Shown here: positions 1 through 9,045 of the stretch, one piece after another | How positions within the stretch are numbered: the stretch's first letter is position 1 | How the letters are laid out: each line of letters starts with the position of its first letter | Assembly (NCBI GenBank): GCA_963749155.1 | Contig: CAVVLO010000002.1 | Location: forward strand, 512,001 to 576,000 | DNA from: an uncultured Armatimonadia bacterium | GTDB taxonomy: Bacteria > Armatimonadota > Zipacnadia > CAVVLO01 | Length of the DNA: 64,000 bases | Reading direction: 5' to 3' | Translations under genes and position numbers: made by a program | Notes under the pieces: generated by a model | What the model saw: the letters and a program-made list of their open reading frames with translations, nothing else | What the model was told of the DNA's origin: nothing | Databases searched by the model: none

Positions 1-133
1 CCAGTTCGCGTGGCAGGGGGGTAGTCGGATCAAGCAAGGGCCTTCCACCAAAAGCCGCATGACCTGAGCCGGCAAGCAACACCAGGGCAAGACAGAGTAA
101 TAATCCCAAATAATGAGGAGCAGTTGAATCCAT
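1..133 (-). CDS. N-terminus of a secreted protein (partial, runs off window)
   Basis: ATG at 133-131 preceded by AAGGAGG; translates MDSTAPHYLGLLLCLALVLLAGSGHAAFGG..., a signal-peptide-like start. Not in the ORF track because it is truncated. Confidence 0.6.
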   Translation of the reverse strand, partial: MDSTAPHYLGLLLCLALVLLAGSGHAAFGGRPLLDPTTPLPREL

Positions 134-160
134 TTAGGTCAGGTGCCTCCTTGAGCCGCC

Positions 161-349
161 TCAGCTTTCTGGAGTCGGCGGTTCGAACGGTCTAGGCGGC
201 TCGGGAGCCTCTTCAGGCTCCAGGTTAATGACTTTCAACCTGGCGAGCATGTTTTTTATGTCTGTGGCTCCCCGGATCGCCACATATATAGTTACTGTCG
301 AATACCAGACCAGCACCGCTGCAGTAAGCAACCACCAGAAAGGCGCCAT
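161..349 (-). CDS. Small single-pass membrane protein downstream of the SSS transporter
   Basis: ATG 1 nt after the symporter stop (TAAgATG); MAPFWWLLTAAVLVWYSTVTIYVAIRG hydrophobic helix. Small membrane partners often accompany SSS genes. Confidence 0.65.
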   Translation of the reverse strand: MAPFWWLLTAAVLVWYSTVTIYVAIRGATDIKNMLARLKVINLEPEEAPEPPRPFEPPTPES

Positions 350-350
350 C

Positions 351-1845
351 TTACGCAACCCCCTCGATTGGCTCTTCTTTAACGAATAGAAGCTTCAGAT
401 AGGAGCCGATAACCATCCCAAGAGCCGCCGCGACGAAACTCGCAATGCCCGAATAATAGGGCCCTATGCTCTTGGCCAGTTCTTCTGTTGCCGGGATTTG
501 TTCCATGGCCAGATAGGCGACGGGGAATATAAAGCCCAGCAGGATAGCCGCTCCTGCGCCCCAGCTATTGGCCCTCTTCCAGTAGCAACAGGCGACAAGC
601 AGCACTGACATACTGGAGAGGTAGATGGCCCCTGTGACACTGATATAGCTCCAGAGGTCACCTTTCAATTCGTACCACAGGCCATAGAAAAGCAGGAAGA
701 CCCCTATCAAGGCCACGATTGTGCGATTGACCATCAGGCCAAACTTCTCGGTCCAGGCTTTACGACGCCTGAAAGGGGCCAGGATGTCGTTGTAGATGAC
801 ACTCGCCCAGGTCAGCATATAGGAGGAGTCGGTTAACATATCCGCTGCCAGCATCGCTGCAACAAGCAAACCCATCAGGCCAGCCGGCACGTAGAGGGCA
901 AGGAATTTCGGCATCGCTGTCAGCGTGTTGTCGCCGACCACTTCAGGAGCGAGCAACGCAAGCGCGGCAATACCCCAGATGCCCGGGATAAGGAAGCGCG
1001 CCACGAAGAAGAAACTTGTGCCCGAATACATCCGTTGGCCAGTTTTGGCATCTTTCGAGGCTAGGACGCGCGCTATCATTGTTTGCCAGGTCAGGCAAGC
1101 CGCCAGGTTGAGGATGCCATTGAAGACCACATATTCCCAGCCCATGTCGGGATTGACGAAGGGGTTGAACCCGCCTGCTCCCAGCTTGTCATCCACAGTC
1201 TGGACCAGAGTAGTCCAGCCTACGGTGGCAAGTGTCAGCCCAGTAACTGCAATCAGGCCGATGCTCATCACAATGAATTGCAGATAGTCAGTAACAAGCA
1301 CTGAAAGCATCCCGCCGAGGATGGTGTAGACCGCTACCAGTGCAAGCAGAGCGGTCATCATCCACTGCAAATAAGCGACATCCATCCCCGAGACGCCTAC
1401 AAGGAACTCGCCGCCCGTGCGCAGGAAGACGCCCATATTGAGCAGGCCGCCCAGCACGATGACCACCCCAGCCAGCCATCTGATACGCGAGCCAAAGCGC
1501 TCCTGGAAAAGCTCGGGGATGGTGATTACACCGGCCTCGCGCAGAGGCTTGATACAGAAGCCGGTCACTCCTACCACCAGCATCGCCAGCGCATACAATA
1601 TGCCAGGCGTTGCGCCAGCGAAGCCCTTGTCATAGCCATTTTGGGCCGCATACATACAAGTGACGATGCCGAACTCCGTAGCGGCCATCGAGGCGATACC
1701 GAGATAAAGGTTCATCTCCCGGCCCGCTACAAGATAGTGTTCGACCTTGCCCACGTACTTTGCGGACCGCCAGGCCAGCAATCATCACGACGATGAGATA
1801 GACCCCGATGATGCTGCCATCCAAAAGGTTGAAGTGACCAGTCAT
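351..1845 (-). CDS. Sodium:solute symporter (SSS) family protein; one frameshift near 1760
   Basis: About 13 TM helices with motifs YLVAGR, TIPELFQERFG and YTILGGMLSVLVTDYLQF. The first helix (MTGHFNLLDGSIIGVYLIV) lies in another frame, joined by an extra base in the TTT run at 1759-1761. Confidence 0.9.
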
Positions 1846-1910
1846 AGGCGTTGCCCCCGAGTGCTGGATTGGGCCAAGGTTCGACGCGCAAAATAAAGAG
1901 CCCTCTCCGG

Positions 1911-1939
1911 TTGACAAGCTTTCCACTTAGGCCCAAAAT
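1911..1939 (+). promoter_or_regulatory. Putative sigma70-type promoter for the 2062-7878 operon
   Basis: TTGACA (1911-1916), 17-nt spacer, CAAAAT (1934-1939) in the divergent intergenic region. Confidence 0.55.
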
Positions 1940-2061
1940 GCGCCGGATTGCTGGGTAAGGGGCAGGGAAAACCTCCCCTCTACAGAAACAGCATCGCATG
2001 GCGTGCCCCTTCAGCGCCGACTAGTGAACTGTCATATAAAAGGTAAGGAGCTGGATACAGA

Positions 2062-2859
2062 ATGAAGCTAGGAGCCAACTCGGTTCTCTTCGGCGGTCAC
2101 TCGATGGAAGACGCCTTCAAGTATACGGCGATGGCCGGCTACGATGGCATCGAATTGTCCGCAATCGGCGGTATGAGCGAGCATCTCGTACTTGACCGCT
2201 GGCAGGAACTTGCCCCAGACATCAAGCGGATGGCAGCCGAATACGGGCTGGCGCTGCACGCGATGGAACAGCCCTCTCGCGACCCTGCAATTATGGAGAC
2301 CGCCTTCCAGGCAGCCGTAGAGATAGGCATCCCCATCGTGAACTGCGGCCCAGGCGGCACCAAAGGGGACGATGCCAGTCTGCAGGAAGTCATAGACTCA
2401 CTGGGGAGCCTGGCCGATATGGCCAGCAAGTATGGGAAGGTCCTCTGTGTGAAGGCCCATGTCGGCGCTGCCCTCTGGAACACAGAAACGACCTTGCGCG
2501 TAATGCAGGCCATCCCCAATCCCAGCTTCGGTATCGATATGGATCCCTCGCACATCTACCGAGAGGGAGATAATCCCGTCGAAGCGATTGCTGCCGTCAT
2601 ATCGCGCGTCCAGCATGTGCATATCCGAGACTGCAAAGGGCGCCAGCAGAATCCAGGTGTTCCCGCGAACCAGGCAAATGGGCGCGGCGACATCGATTTG
2701 CTCGGTTATATCCGGGTGCTTCATGAAAACGGCTACACCGGGCCGCTGGACCTTGAGGTTATCGGCGCGAAGGAATGCACTCTGGAAGAATGTTGCATCA
2801 TAGCAGCGGAGTCGCGCGGTCATATGCAGGCTTGCCTGCAAGCTTGTGGTGCTCGCTAG
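2062..2859 (+). CDS. Sugar phosphate isomerase/epimerase (xylose-isomerase-like TIM barrel)
   Basis: GYDGIEL, DMDPSH, HVHIRD and GYTGPLDLEV motifs; TAAGGAG RBS. Confidence 0.85.
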   Translation: MKLGANSVLFGGHSMEDAFKYTAMAGYDGIELSAIGGMSEHLVLDRWQELAPDIKRMAAEYGLALHAMEQPSRDPAIMETAFQAAVEIGIPIVNCGPGGTKGDDASLQEVIDSLGSLADMASKYGKVLCVKAHVGAALWNTETTLRVMQAIPNPSFGIDMDPSHIYREGDNPVEAIAAVISRVQHVHIRDCKGRQQNPGVPANQANGRGDIDLLGYIRVLHENGYTGPLDLEVIGAKECTLEECCIIAAESRGHMQACLQACGAR

Positions 2860-2894
2860 TCAGACCGTTATATGCCCAAGGGAGGGCCTAAAAT

Positions 2895-4268
2895 ATGGGA
2901 AACTGTTGTGGCAAGAAACCAAATATCCTGCTCTTTGGGATGGACTCACTCCGGCGCGACCATATGGGTTGCTACGGCTATCAGTTCAACACCACGCCTC
3001 ACATTGGCGAGTTCGCCGAGTTTGGCACACTGTTCGAGAACAGCTTCAGCCCGCATGTTCCGACCACCCCTGGCTATTCGAATATGCTGACCGGGATGGA
3101 CTGTTTCGGGACCAATGTCGTGGCGCTGGGCCATCAGGGTGACCTGCGCGAAGGCGTAAGGACCTTGCCCGAAATTCTTCGCGAGCACGGCTACACAAGC
3201 AGTTGTGTAGGCTTCCGCAATGTCGCCTCGCGCGGCTTCGACACCTACCTCGAATTTGACGGGTGGGGCGCTGGCGGAGACGGCTACGCTCACAAGGCCG
3301 AGGGGCTCAACAAGACCGCCATCCCCGAGCTTGAGCGGCTGGCCGCCCAGGACCAACCCTGGTTGCTCTTCCTCAGGCATATGGACCCGCATACCCCCTA
3401 TCTGCCGCCCTCTCCCTTCGAGCGGATGTTTTACGGGGGCAATGAGCTGGACCCAGACAATCACTCGATGGAGCCGGTCTTCGATTTCAAGCCCTTCTGC
3501 GACTATTTCGCCTCGTGGATGCCCAAGGGCCTCACTGACAAAGACTATGAGATAGCCCAGTACGATGGCGCCGTCGCCTATATGGACGCCTGCATCCAGA
3601 ATATCCTCATCAAGCTGGAAGCTCTCGGCCTTATGGACGACACCATCGTGGTCTTCACCGCCGACCATGGCGAGACCCTGTATGACCACGAGTGCTGGTT
3701 CGACCATCACGGCACCTACGACTGCACTCTGGTCGTGCCAATGATCATCGTCTACCCGAGGAAGATGCCCGCAGGCGAGCGCGCCGATGGTTTCTGCCAG
3801 CTCAAGGACCTGGTGCCGACGTTGCTGGAGCTTGCCGAGATCGAGGTTGAGGACAAGTTCGACGGGCATAGCCTGCTGCCGATGGCCACTGGCGAAGTGC
3901 TGACCTACGAGACCGAGCTTTACATCACCGAGTGCACCTGGATGCGCAAGCACGGTTGGCGCACCCCCGAGTGGAAGCTGATTGTGGCGCTGGAGCCTGA
4001 CTTCCATTTCAAGCCCCCGGTAGAGCTATACAACTTGCTCGAAGATCCCGAGGAATACAACAACCTCGCTGACGAGTTGCCCGAGGTTGTCGCCTTCCTG
4101 AGGGGCCGCATGGAGGCTTTCATCGCGAAGCGCACCGCCGAGACTGGCCTGCCCAATCCGATGGAACACCAGAGCCACTGGAAGGGCTTCGCCAGCTCCC
4201 AGGAGGCCTACGACACGCTGCACATCGGCAACCCGGGTGAGGCTGCCAAGCTCCAGCGCAAAGACTAA
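2895..4268 (+). CDS. Sulfatase-like / alkaline-phosphatase-superfamily hydrolase A (non-canonical TTPGY motif)
   Basis: PNILLFGMDSLRRDH, MDPHTPY, YDGAVAYMD, ADHGE, ELYNLLEDPEEYNNLA. The CxPxR position reads PTTPGY. Confidence 0.85.
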   Translation: MGNCCGKKPNILLFGMDSLRRDHMGCYGYQFNTTPHIGEFAEFGTLFENSFSPHVPTTPGYSNMLTGMDCFGTNVVALGHQGDLREGVRTLPEILREHGYTSSCVGFRNVASRGFDTYLEFDGWGAGGDGYAHKAEGLNKTAIPELERLAAQDQPWLLFLRHMDPHTPYLPPSPFERMFYGGNELDPDNHSMEPVFDFKPFCDYFASWMPKGLTDKDYEIAQYDGAVAYMDACIQNILIKLEALGLMDDTIVVFTADHGETLYDHECWFDHHGTYDCTLVVPMIIVYPRKMPAGERADGFCQLKDLVPTLLELAEIEVEDKFDGHSLLPMATGEVLTYETELYITECTWMRKHGWRTPEWKLIVALEPDFHFKPPVELYNLLEDPEEYNNLADELPEVVAFLRGRMEAFIAKRTAETGLPNPMEHQSHWKGFASSQEAYDTLHIGNPGEAAKLQRKD

Positions 4269-4300
4269 GCGAATCAATTTTCCCTAAAGGAGAGTCTGAT

Positions 4301-5402
4301 ATGGCACTGAAAGTTGGGATAGTTGGGATGGGTGGCATCGGCAATCAGCATGCCGATTGCCATATGGCGGACGAGTTGTCCGAGCTCGTAGCGGTCTGCG
4401 ATGTGCAGAAAGACCGCGCCGACGCCGCAGCCGCGCGGGTAGGCGTTAAAGCCTATTACAGCCTGGCCGATATGCTGGCCAACGAAGAACTGGACGTCGT
4501 AGACGTGACCACCGGCGGTTACGAGAACGGCAGCTGGCACTTCGAGCCCACGATGGAGGCCCTGGCCGCCGGCAAGCAATGTGCTGTGCGAGAAGCCGCT
4601 GTCGAACGACATCGGCGAGGCTCGCGAGATGGTGCGGTTCGCCGCCGAGAAGAAGCTCTACCTCGGCTGCAACCTCAACCACTACTTCACCCCGACCGCC
4701 GCGCGCGCCAAGAAGTACATGGACGACGGCCTGATCGGCGAGGCGGTCTATCTGCTCTTCAAGATGGGCTTCGATGGCGGCGAGGAGACTTACGGGTTCA
4801 ACAACTCGCCGCGCTTCAACCAGCCCTACGCCACATGAAGGCCTTCCTGACGCATCCCTTCAGCGTGATGCGTTACCTCTGCGGCGACATCACCCATGTC
4901 CAGGCCTTCCCGACAAGCCCGGCTGTCCGCAAGAGCAAGGGCGACCTGCTGCTTTCCATCAACAGCGTCCACTGCAAGTTCGCCAGCGGCACAGTCGGCT
5001 ATCTGCTTAGCCAGCGCGGCGACGCGATGTGGGGTCTGGGCGGCTGGTGGAGCTGCGAAGTCGGCGGCAGCAAGGGCTCTTTCTGCATCGAGAACTGCAT
5101 CGAGAAGCTGACCTACTGGCCGGGCACCAAGCCCGGGCAGAAGACGGCCGCAGGAGCCGGAGAGTCCTCGATACTGGCATCAAGGACTTCGGCGCAGACC
5201 TTCCCCAGCCGGATCCACGCCTTCCTCGAGGACGTAACGGCCGGAGTGCATCCACGAGCACCTGCGCGCCAGCGGCCGGGATGCGCTCGCGACGCTGGAA
5301 TACATTTTCGCGGTCATCGAGTCTTATGAACTCGGAGGCCAGCTTGTGCGGCCGCATCCACTGCCGAATCTGCACGGCGATCCCGCTGTAGAACGTATCT
5401 AA
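4301..5402 (+). CDS. Gfo/Idh/MocA family oxidoreductase A; several frameshifts
   Basis: KVGIVGMGGIG Rossmann motif; VLCEKP in the next frame (~4580); C-terminus ...LPNLHGDPAVERI* at 5400-5402; AAGGAG RBS. Confidence 0.85.
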
Positions 5403-5432
5403 GTATCAGGCGACAAAGAAGGCGCATAACTA

Positions 5433-6439
5433 ATGGCATTAAGAGTGGCAGTCGTGGGGCTTGGCCCCATTGGCAACCTGCACTCCCGGATTTACAAAAG
5501 TGACAGCCTGGCCGAGTTGGTGGGGGTTTGCGACCGCATCCCCGAACGCGCTGACTCGGCCGCCGAGGCCTACGGGTTCCGGCTTTTACCGACGCCGAGA
5601 CGATGCTGACCGAGTTGAAGCCCGACGTCGTCAGCGTGGCGACCGGTGGCTTCGAGTATTCAAGCGACCACTATGAGCCGACCTTGCAGGCTTTTGCCGC
5701 CGGGGCACATGTCCTGTGCGAGAAGCCCATCTGCAACGACCTGGCGAAGGCCGCCGAGATGGTCGAAGCGGGCCGCAAGGCGGGCAAGTGTTTCGGCCTG
5801 GACTTCAACCATCGCTTCACACCCGCGGCCTATGCGGCGCACAAATGGGTGGAAGACGGCCTCCTCGGAGACCTGCTCTTCTGCAACATGGCGCTCTGGA
5901 TCGGCAAATTTGGCGAGTTCGAGACAGTCAACTATCACCTGAAGGCCCTCAATCCCCATTCGGTCAATATGATGATGTGGTATTGCGGGCCTATCGAGGC
6001 CGTGCAGTGCTTCGCCACCAAGGCGCCAGGTCGCAATATCTGGTCGTCGGCCTCTATCAACGTCCAGTTCAGCTCGGGCGTGGTCGGGCACCTGACCAGC
6101 AGCTATGACATCGCCCGCTCGCACGGGGTTGAGCGCTGCGAAGTCGCTGGCACAAAAGCGCGACTCATCGTAGACGATATGTGGAAGCAGTCGACCCTCT
6201 TCCCGGCAGGTTCGATGGAACAGCTTTCCTATGTGAATCCCGTCTTCGGCGGAGTGCGTGATTTCGATGATACCTTCCGCGAGCGTTTGCACTGTTTTCT
6301 CGCGCAGATCGCGAACGGCGCAAAACCTGAGGAAGTAGACGGCTCGGGCGCCGATGGGCTGGCAGCGCAGCGCGTAATCCACGCCGCCATTACCTCACTG
6401 GACGAAGGCAACCGCCTCGTCCGCGTTGCGGAAATCTGA
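5433..6439 (+). CDS. Gfo/Idh/MocA family oxidoreductase B; frameshift near 5575
   Basis: ATG 5433 gives MALRVAVVGLGPIGNLH, which joins the 5603-6439 ORF carrying HVLCEKP and FNHRF. Confidence 0.85.
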
Positions 6440-6465
6440 CCAATTCTCCTGGAAGGAGCAACCAA

Positions 6466-7878
6466 ATGGCCTCTGGCAAGAGACCCAACCTGGTGCTGCT
6501 GGGCATAGACACCCTGCGCGCCGATCATATGAGCCTCTATGGTTATGACCGGCTTACTACGCCGCATCTCGACGAGTTCGCCTCGCGCGGGGCGGTGTTC
6601 AACAATTGCTTCAGCCCTCATATCCCGACAACGCCGGGCTATACTTCGATGTTCACCGGGCTGGATGTCTTCGGGATGGACGTCGTGGCGCTACGCCACC
6701 AGGGTGGGCTGCCGACTCATTACAAGACGCTTGCCGAGATTCTGGGAGAAGCCGGCTACAATACTTCGTGCGTAGGATTCAGCGGCAATCCGGCCTCGCG
6801 CGGCTTCCAGAAGTATCTCGACTTCAGCGGGTGGGGCAGCTTTACCAGTGGGCGCAGTCCCAAGGGCGAAAACTTGAACGCCGTCACCCTCCCCGAGCTT
6901 GAGCGGCTTGCAGCAGAAGAAGAGCCTTTCTTTCTGTTCCTCAGGCATATGGACCCGCATGCCCCCTATCTGCCGCCAGCGCCTTTCGAGCGGCTCTTCT
7001 ATCAGGGGGACGAGTTTGATCCGGCTAACCACTCGCTGGATCCGGTGATGACCTTCAAGCCCTTCTGCGATTTCTTCGCGAGCTGGTTCCCGCCGCACTG
7101 CAAGGACAAGGACTACGTCATCGCGCAGTACGATGGGGCAATCGCCTATATGGATGCAACCATCGGCAGTCTTTTTACGAAGCTTGCCGCCCTGGGCCTC
7201 GAAGAGGACACTCTGGTAGTCATCACTTCCGACCATGGCGAGAACCTCTACGACCACGAGTGCTGGTTTGACCATCACGGCGCTTATGACACGACGATGC
7301 ATGTGCCACTGGCCTTCGTGTGGCCTGGGCAGATTCCAGACAGTCTCTATTTCGACCAGACCGTGCAGTTGAAGGACATCACGCCGACCATTCTCGACCT
7401 GTTCGGAATCGCTTCAGGCCAGACCCAGGATGGCCATAGCCTTGCGCCGCTATTTGAGGGAGAAGCGCGCCAGGCCGAACCTGAGTTCTACTTCACCGAG
7501 GCGACCTGGATGCGCAAACATGGCTGGCGGACGCCCGAGTGGCTGCTTATCCGCGCGCTGGAGCCGGATTTCCACTTCAAGCCGCCGGTGGAGCTATATC
7601 ACCTGCCGACCGACCCGGAGCAACTGGTTAACATCGCCGACCAGCAGCCCGATGTGGTGGCCTTCCTGACCGCCCGGATGGAAGCCCATATCGCCAGGCG
7701 CGAGCAGGAGACCGGGCGCACCAATCCTGTATATACCAACCTCAACTGGAATGGGCATGGCGGGCCTTTTGCAACTTCTGAAGACGCCTACAACACTATG
7801 CATATTGGCGACCCCGACACCGCGAGCAAGCTGCAGGCGCAGGAACTCCAGACCCAGCGCGGCGCCAAAGAGCTGTAA
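6466..7878 (+). CDS. Sulfatase-like hydrolase B (paralogue of 2895-4268)
   Basis: RPNLVLLGIDTLRADH, FSPHIPTTPGY, SDHGE; long blocks identical to copy A (YDHECWFDHHG, TWMRKHGWRTPEW). Confidence 0.85.
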   Translation: MASGKRPNLVLLGIDTLRADHMSLYGYDRLTTPHLDEFASRGAVFNNCFSPHIPTTPGYTSMFTGLDVFGMDVVALRHQGGLPTHYKTLAEILGEAGYNTSCVGFSGNPASRGFQKYLDFSGWGSFTSGRSPKGENLNAVTLPELERLAAEEEPFFLFLRHMDPHAPYLPPAPFERLFYQGDEFDPANHSLDPVMTFKPFCDFFASWFPPHCKDKDYVIAQYDGAIAYMDATIGSLFTKLAALGLEEDTLVVITSDHGENLYDHECWFDHHGAYDTTMHVPLAFVWPGQIPDSLYFDQTVQLKDITPTILDLFGIASGQTQDGHSLAPLFEGEARQAEPEFYFTEATWMRKHGWRTPEWLLIRALEPDFHFKPPVELYHLPTDPEQLVNIADQQPDVVAFLTARMEAHIARREQETGRTNPVYTNLNWNGHGGPFATSEDAYNTMHIGDPDTASKLQAQELQTQRGAKEL

Positions 7879-7901
7879 ATCGTACTAGTCCAACGCAGAC
7901 G

Positions 7902-7938
7902 AGAACGCCTCCCGGAGTTTCCGGGGGGCGTTTCTTTA
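7902..7938. terminator. Rho-independent terminator between convergent genes
   Basis: GC-rich stem-loop GAACGCCTCCCGGA-GTT-TCCGGGGGGCGTTTC followed by TTT. Confidence 0.75.
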
Positions 7939-7956
7939 TGGGGCAAGGGTTGTGAT

Positions 7957-9033
7957 TCAGGAATAGAGCCAGTCGAGGCCAATGCGCCTGATGCAGGCAT
8001 CCTGAAGCACTGCGCTATCGCGTCCACCACAGCAGTAAGCAAGCAGCACAGCCTCTTCAACGAAGTGGAGAGCCGTATAACAGAAGCCGCGCTCCGGGTC
8101 GTCCTCCAGCAGCTTTGCCTGGCCCCAGGTGCGCCCGTCATCCTGGCTGATTGCAGCAGCAAGCGGGGTGCGCTGCCAACTGGAAGGCTGGCGATCCATC
8201 GGATACGAGAGATCGTTCCATACTGCCAGCAGGTCGCCTGTCGAGGGGATACGCTTCACGCTCATAGGGGAGCAAGGAGCGGCAAAACGCGAGGGCAATG
8301 GGGCTGTCCAGGTATCACCGCCATCCTCGGAGAACAACTCGTATTGGAAACCTGCCTCGGTGCGACACCAGGCCCAGAGCCTGCCCTCTTTAAGTTCCAC
8401 TACGCCAGGCTCCTGCAGGCCAGAGGGGGTCTGACCTGGGAAGGCCCACCAGTCCTGCCCCTCGCGCCAGGTCCACCCGCCATCATCGGACAGGAAGAAG
8501 ACCGCGATACTGCGGAAATCCAGCGAATCATACAATCTGTCAGGATCGTTCACCAGTTTGGCGCGCAGTCGGTGATAGCCCGCCGGGGCGATTAGGCGAC
8601 CACTGGAAAGCTGCACCACTCGGTCATTATTTACTACGAAGTAGCCAGGCGTTGGCGTCGCCAAAATCGGCTTGCCCCAGGTCTTGCCCTCATCTCCCGA
8701 GACGCGCAGTCTCAGCCTGCAATCCAAAAGGCCGTTCTTGCGCAGATAGAAGAGCCCCAGTTTGCCATCAGACAGGCGCTCTAGAGAGACGCTCATCACG
8801 TTGCGACGCCCCTCGCCAGTTACAAGCACTCGGGGGCGACTGGACCAGGTGCGTCCGCCATCGTTGGACTCGATAGCGGCGATCTCGGCGCGCGCCTCAT
8901 CGGCCCAACTGTCCCCTGTGTAGCGCGACCAGGCGAACAGCAGGCGCCCGTCCGCAAGCGTTGCGAAGGCGCCCTCGGAGTTGCGCGGGTTGCCCTTACC
9001 GTGCGAGAGGTCCTTGACGATGTGGTTCTCCAT
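7957..9033 (-). CDS. BNR/Asp-box sialidase-family beta-propeller protein
   Basis: Five Asp-boxes (SNDGGRTW, SGDEGKTW, SDDGGWTW, SEDGGDTW, SQDDGRTW); RNSEG, LQEPGVVEL, RTPL. No signal peptide. Confidence 0.85.
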   Translation of the reverse strand: MENHIVKDLSHGKGNPRNSEGAFATLADGRLLFAWSRYTGDSWADEARAEIAAIESNDGGRTWSSRPRVLVTGEGRRNVMSVSLERLSDGKLGLFYLRKNGLLDCRLRLRVSGDEGKTWGKPILATPTPGYFVVNNDRVVQLSSGRLIAPAGYHRLRAKLVNDPDRLYDSLDFRSIAVFFLSDDGGWTWREGQDWWAFPGQTPSGLQEPGVVELKEGRLWAWCRTEAGFQYELFSEDGGDTWTAPLPSRFAAPCSPMSVKRIPSTGDLLAVWNDLSYPMDRQPSSWQRTPLAAAISQDDGRTWGQAKLLEDDPERGFCYTALHFVEEAVLLAYCCGGRDSAVLQDACIRRIGLDWLYS

Positions 9034-9045
9034 TGTTGCTACCCC

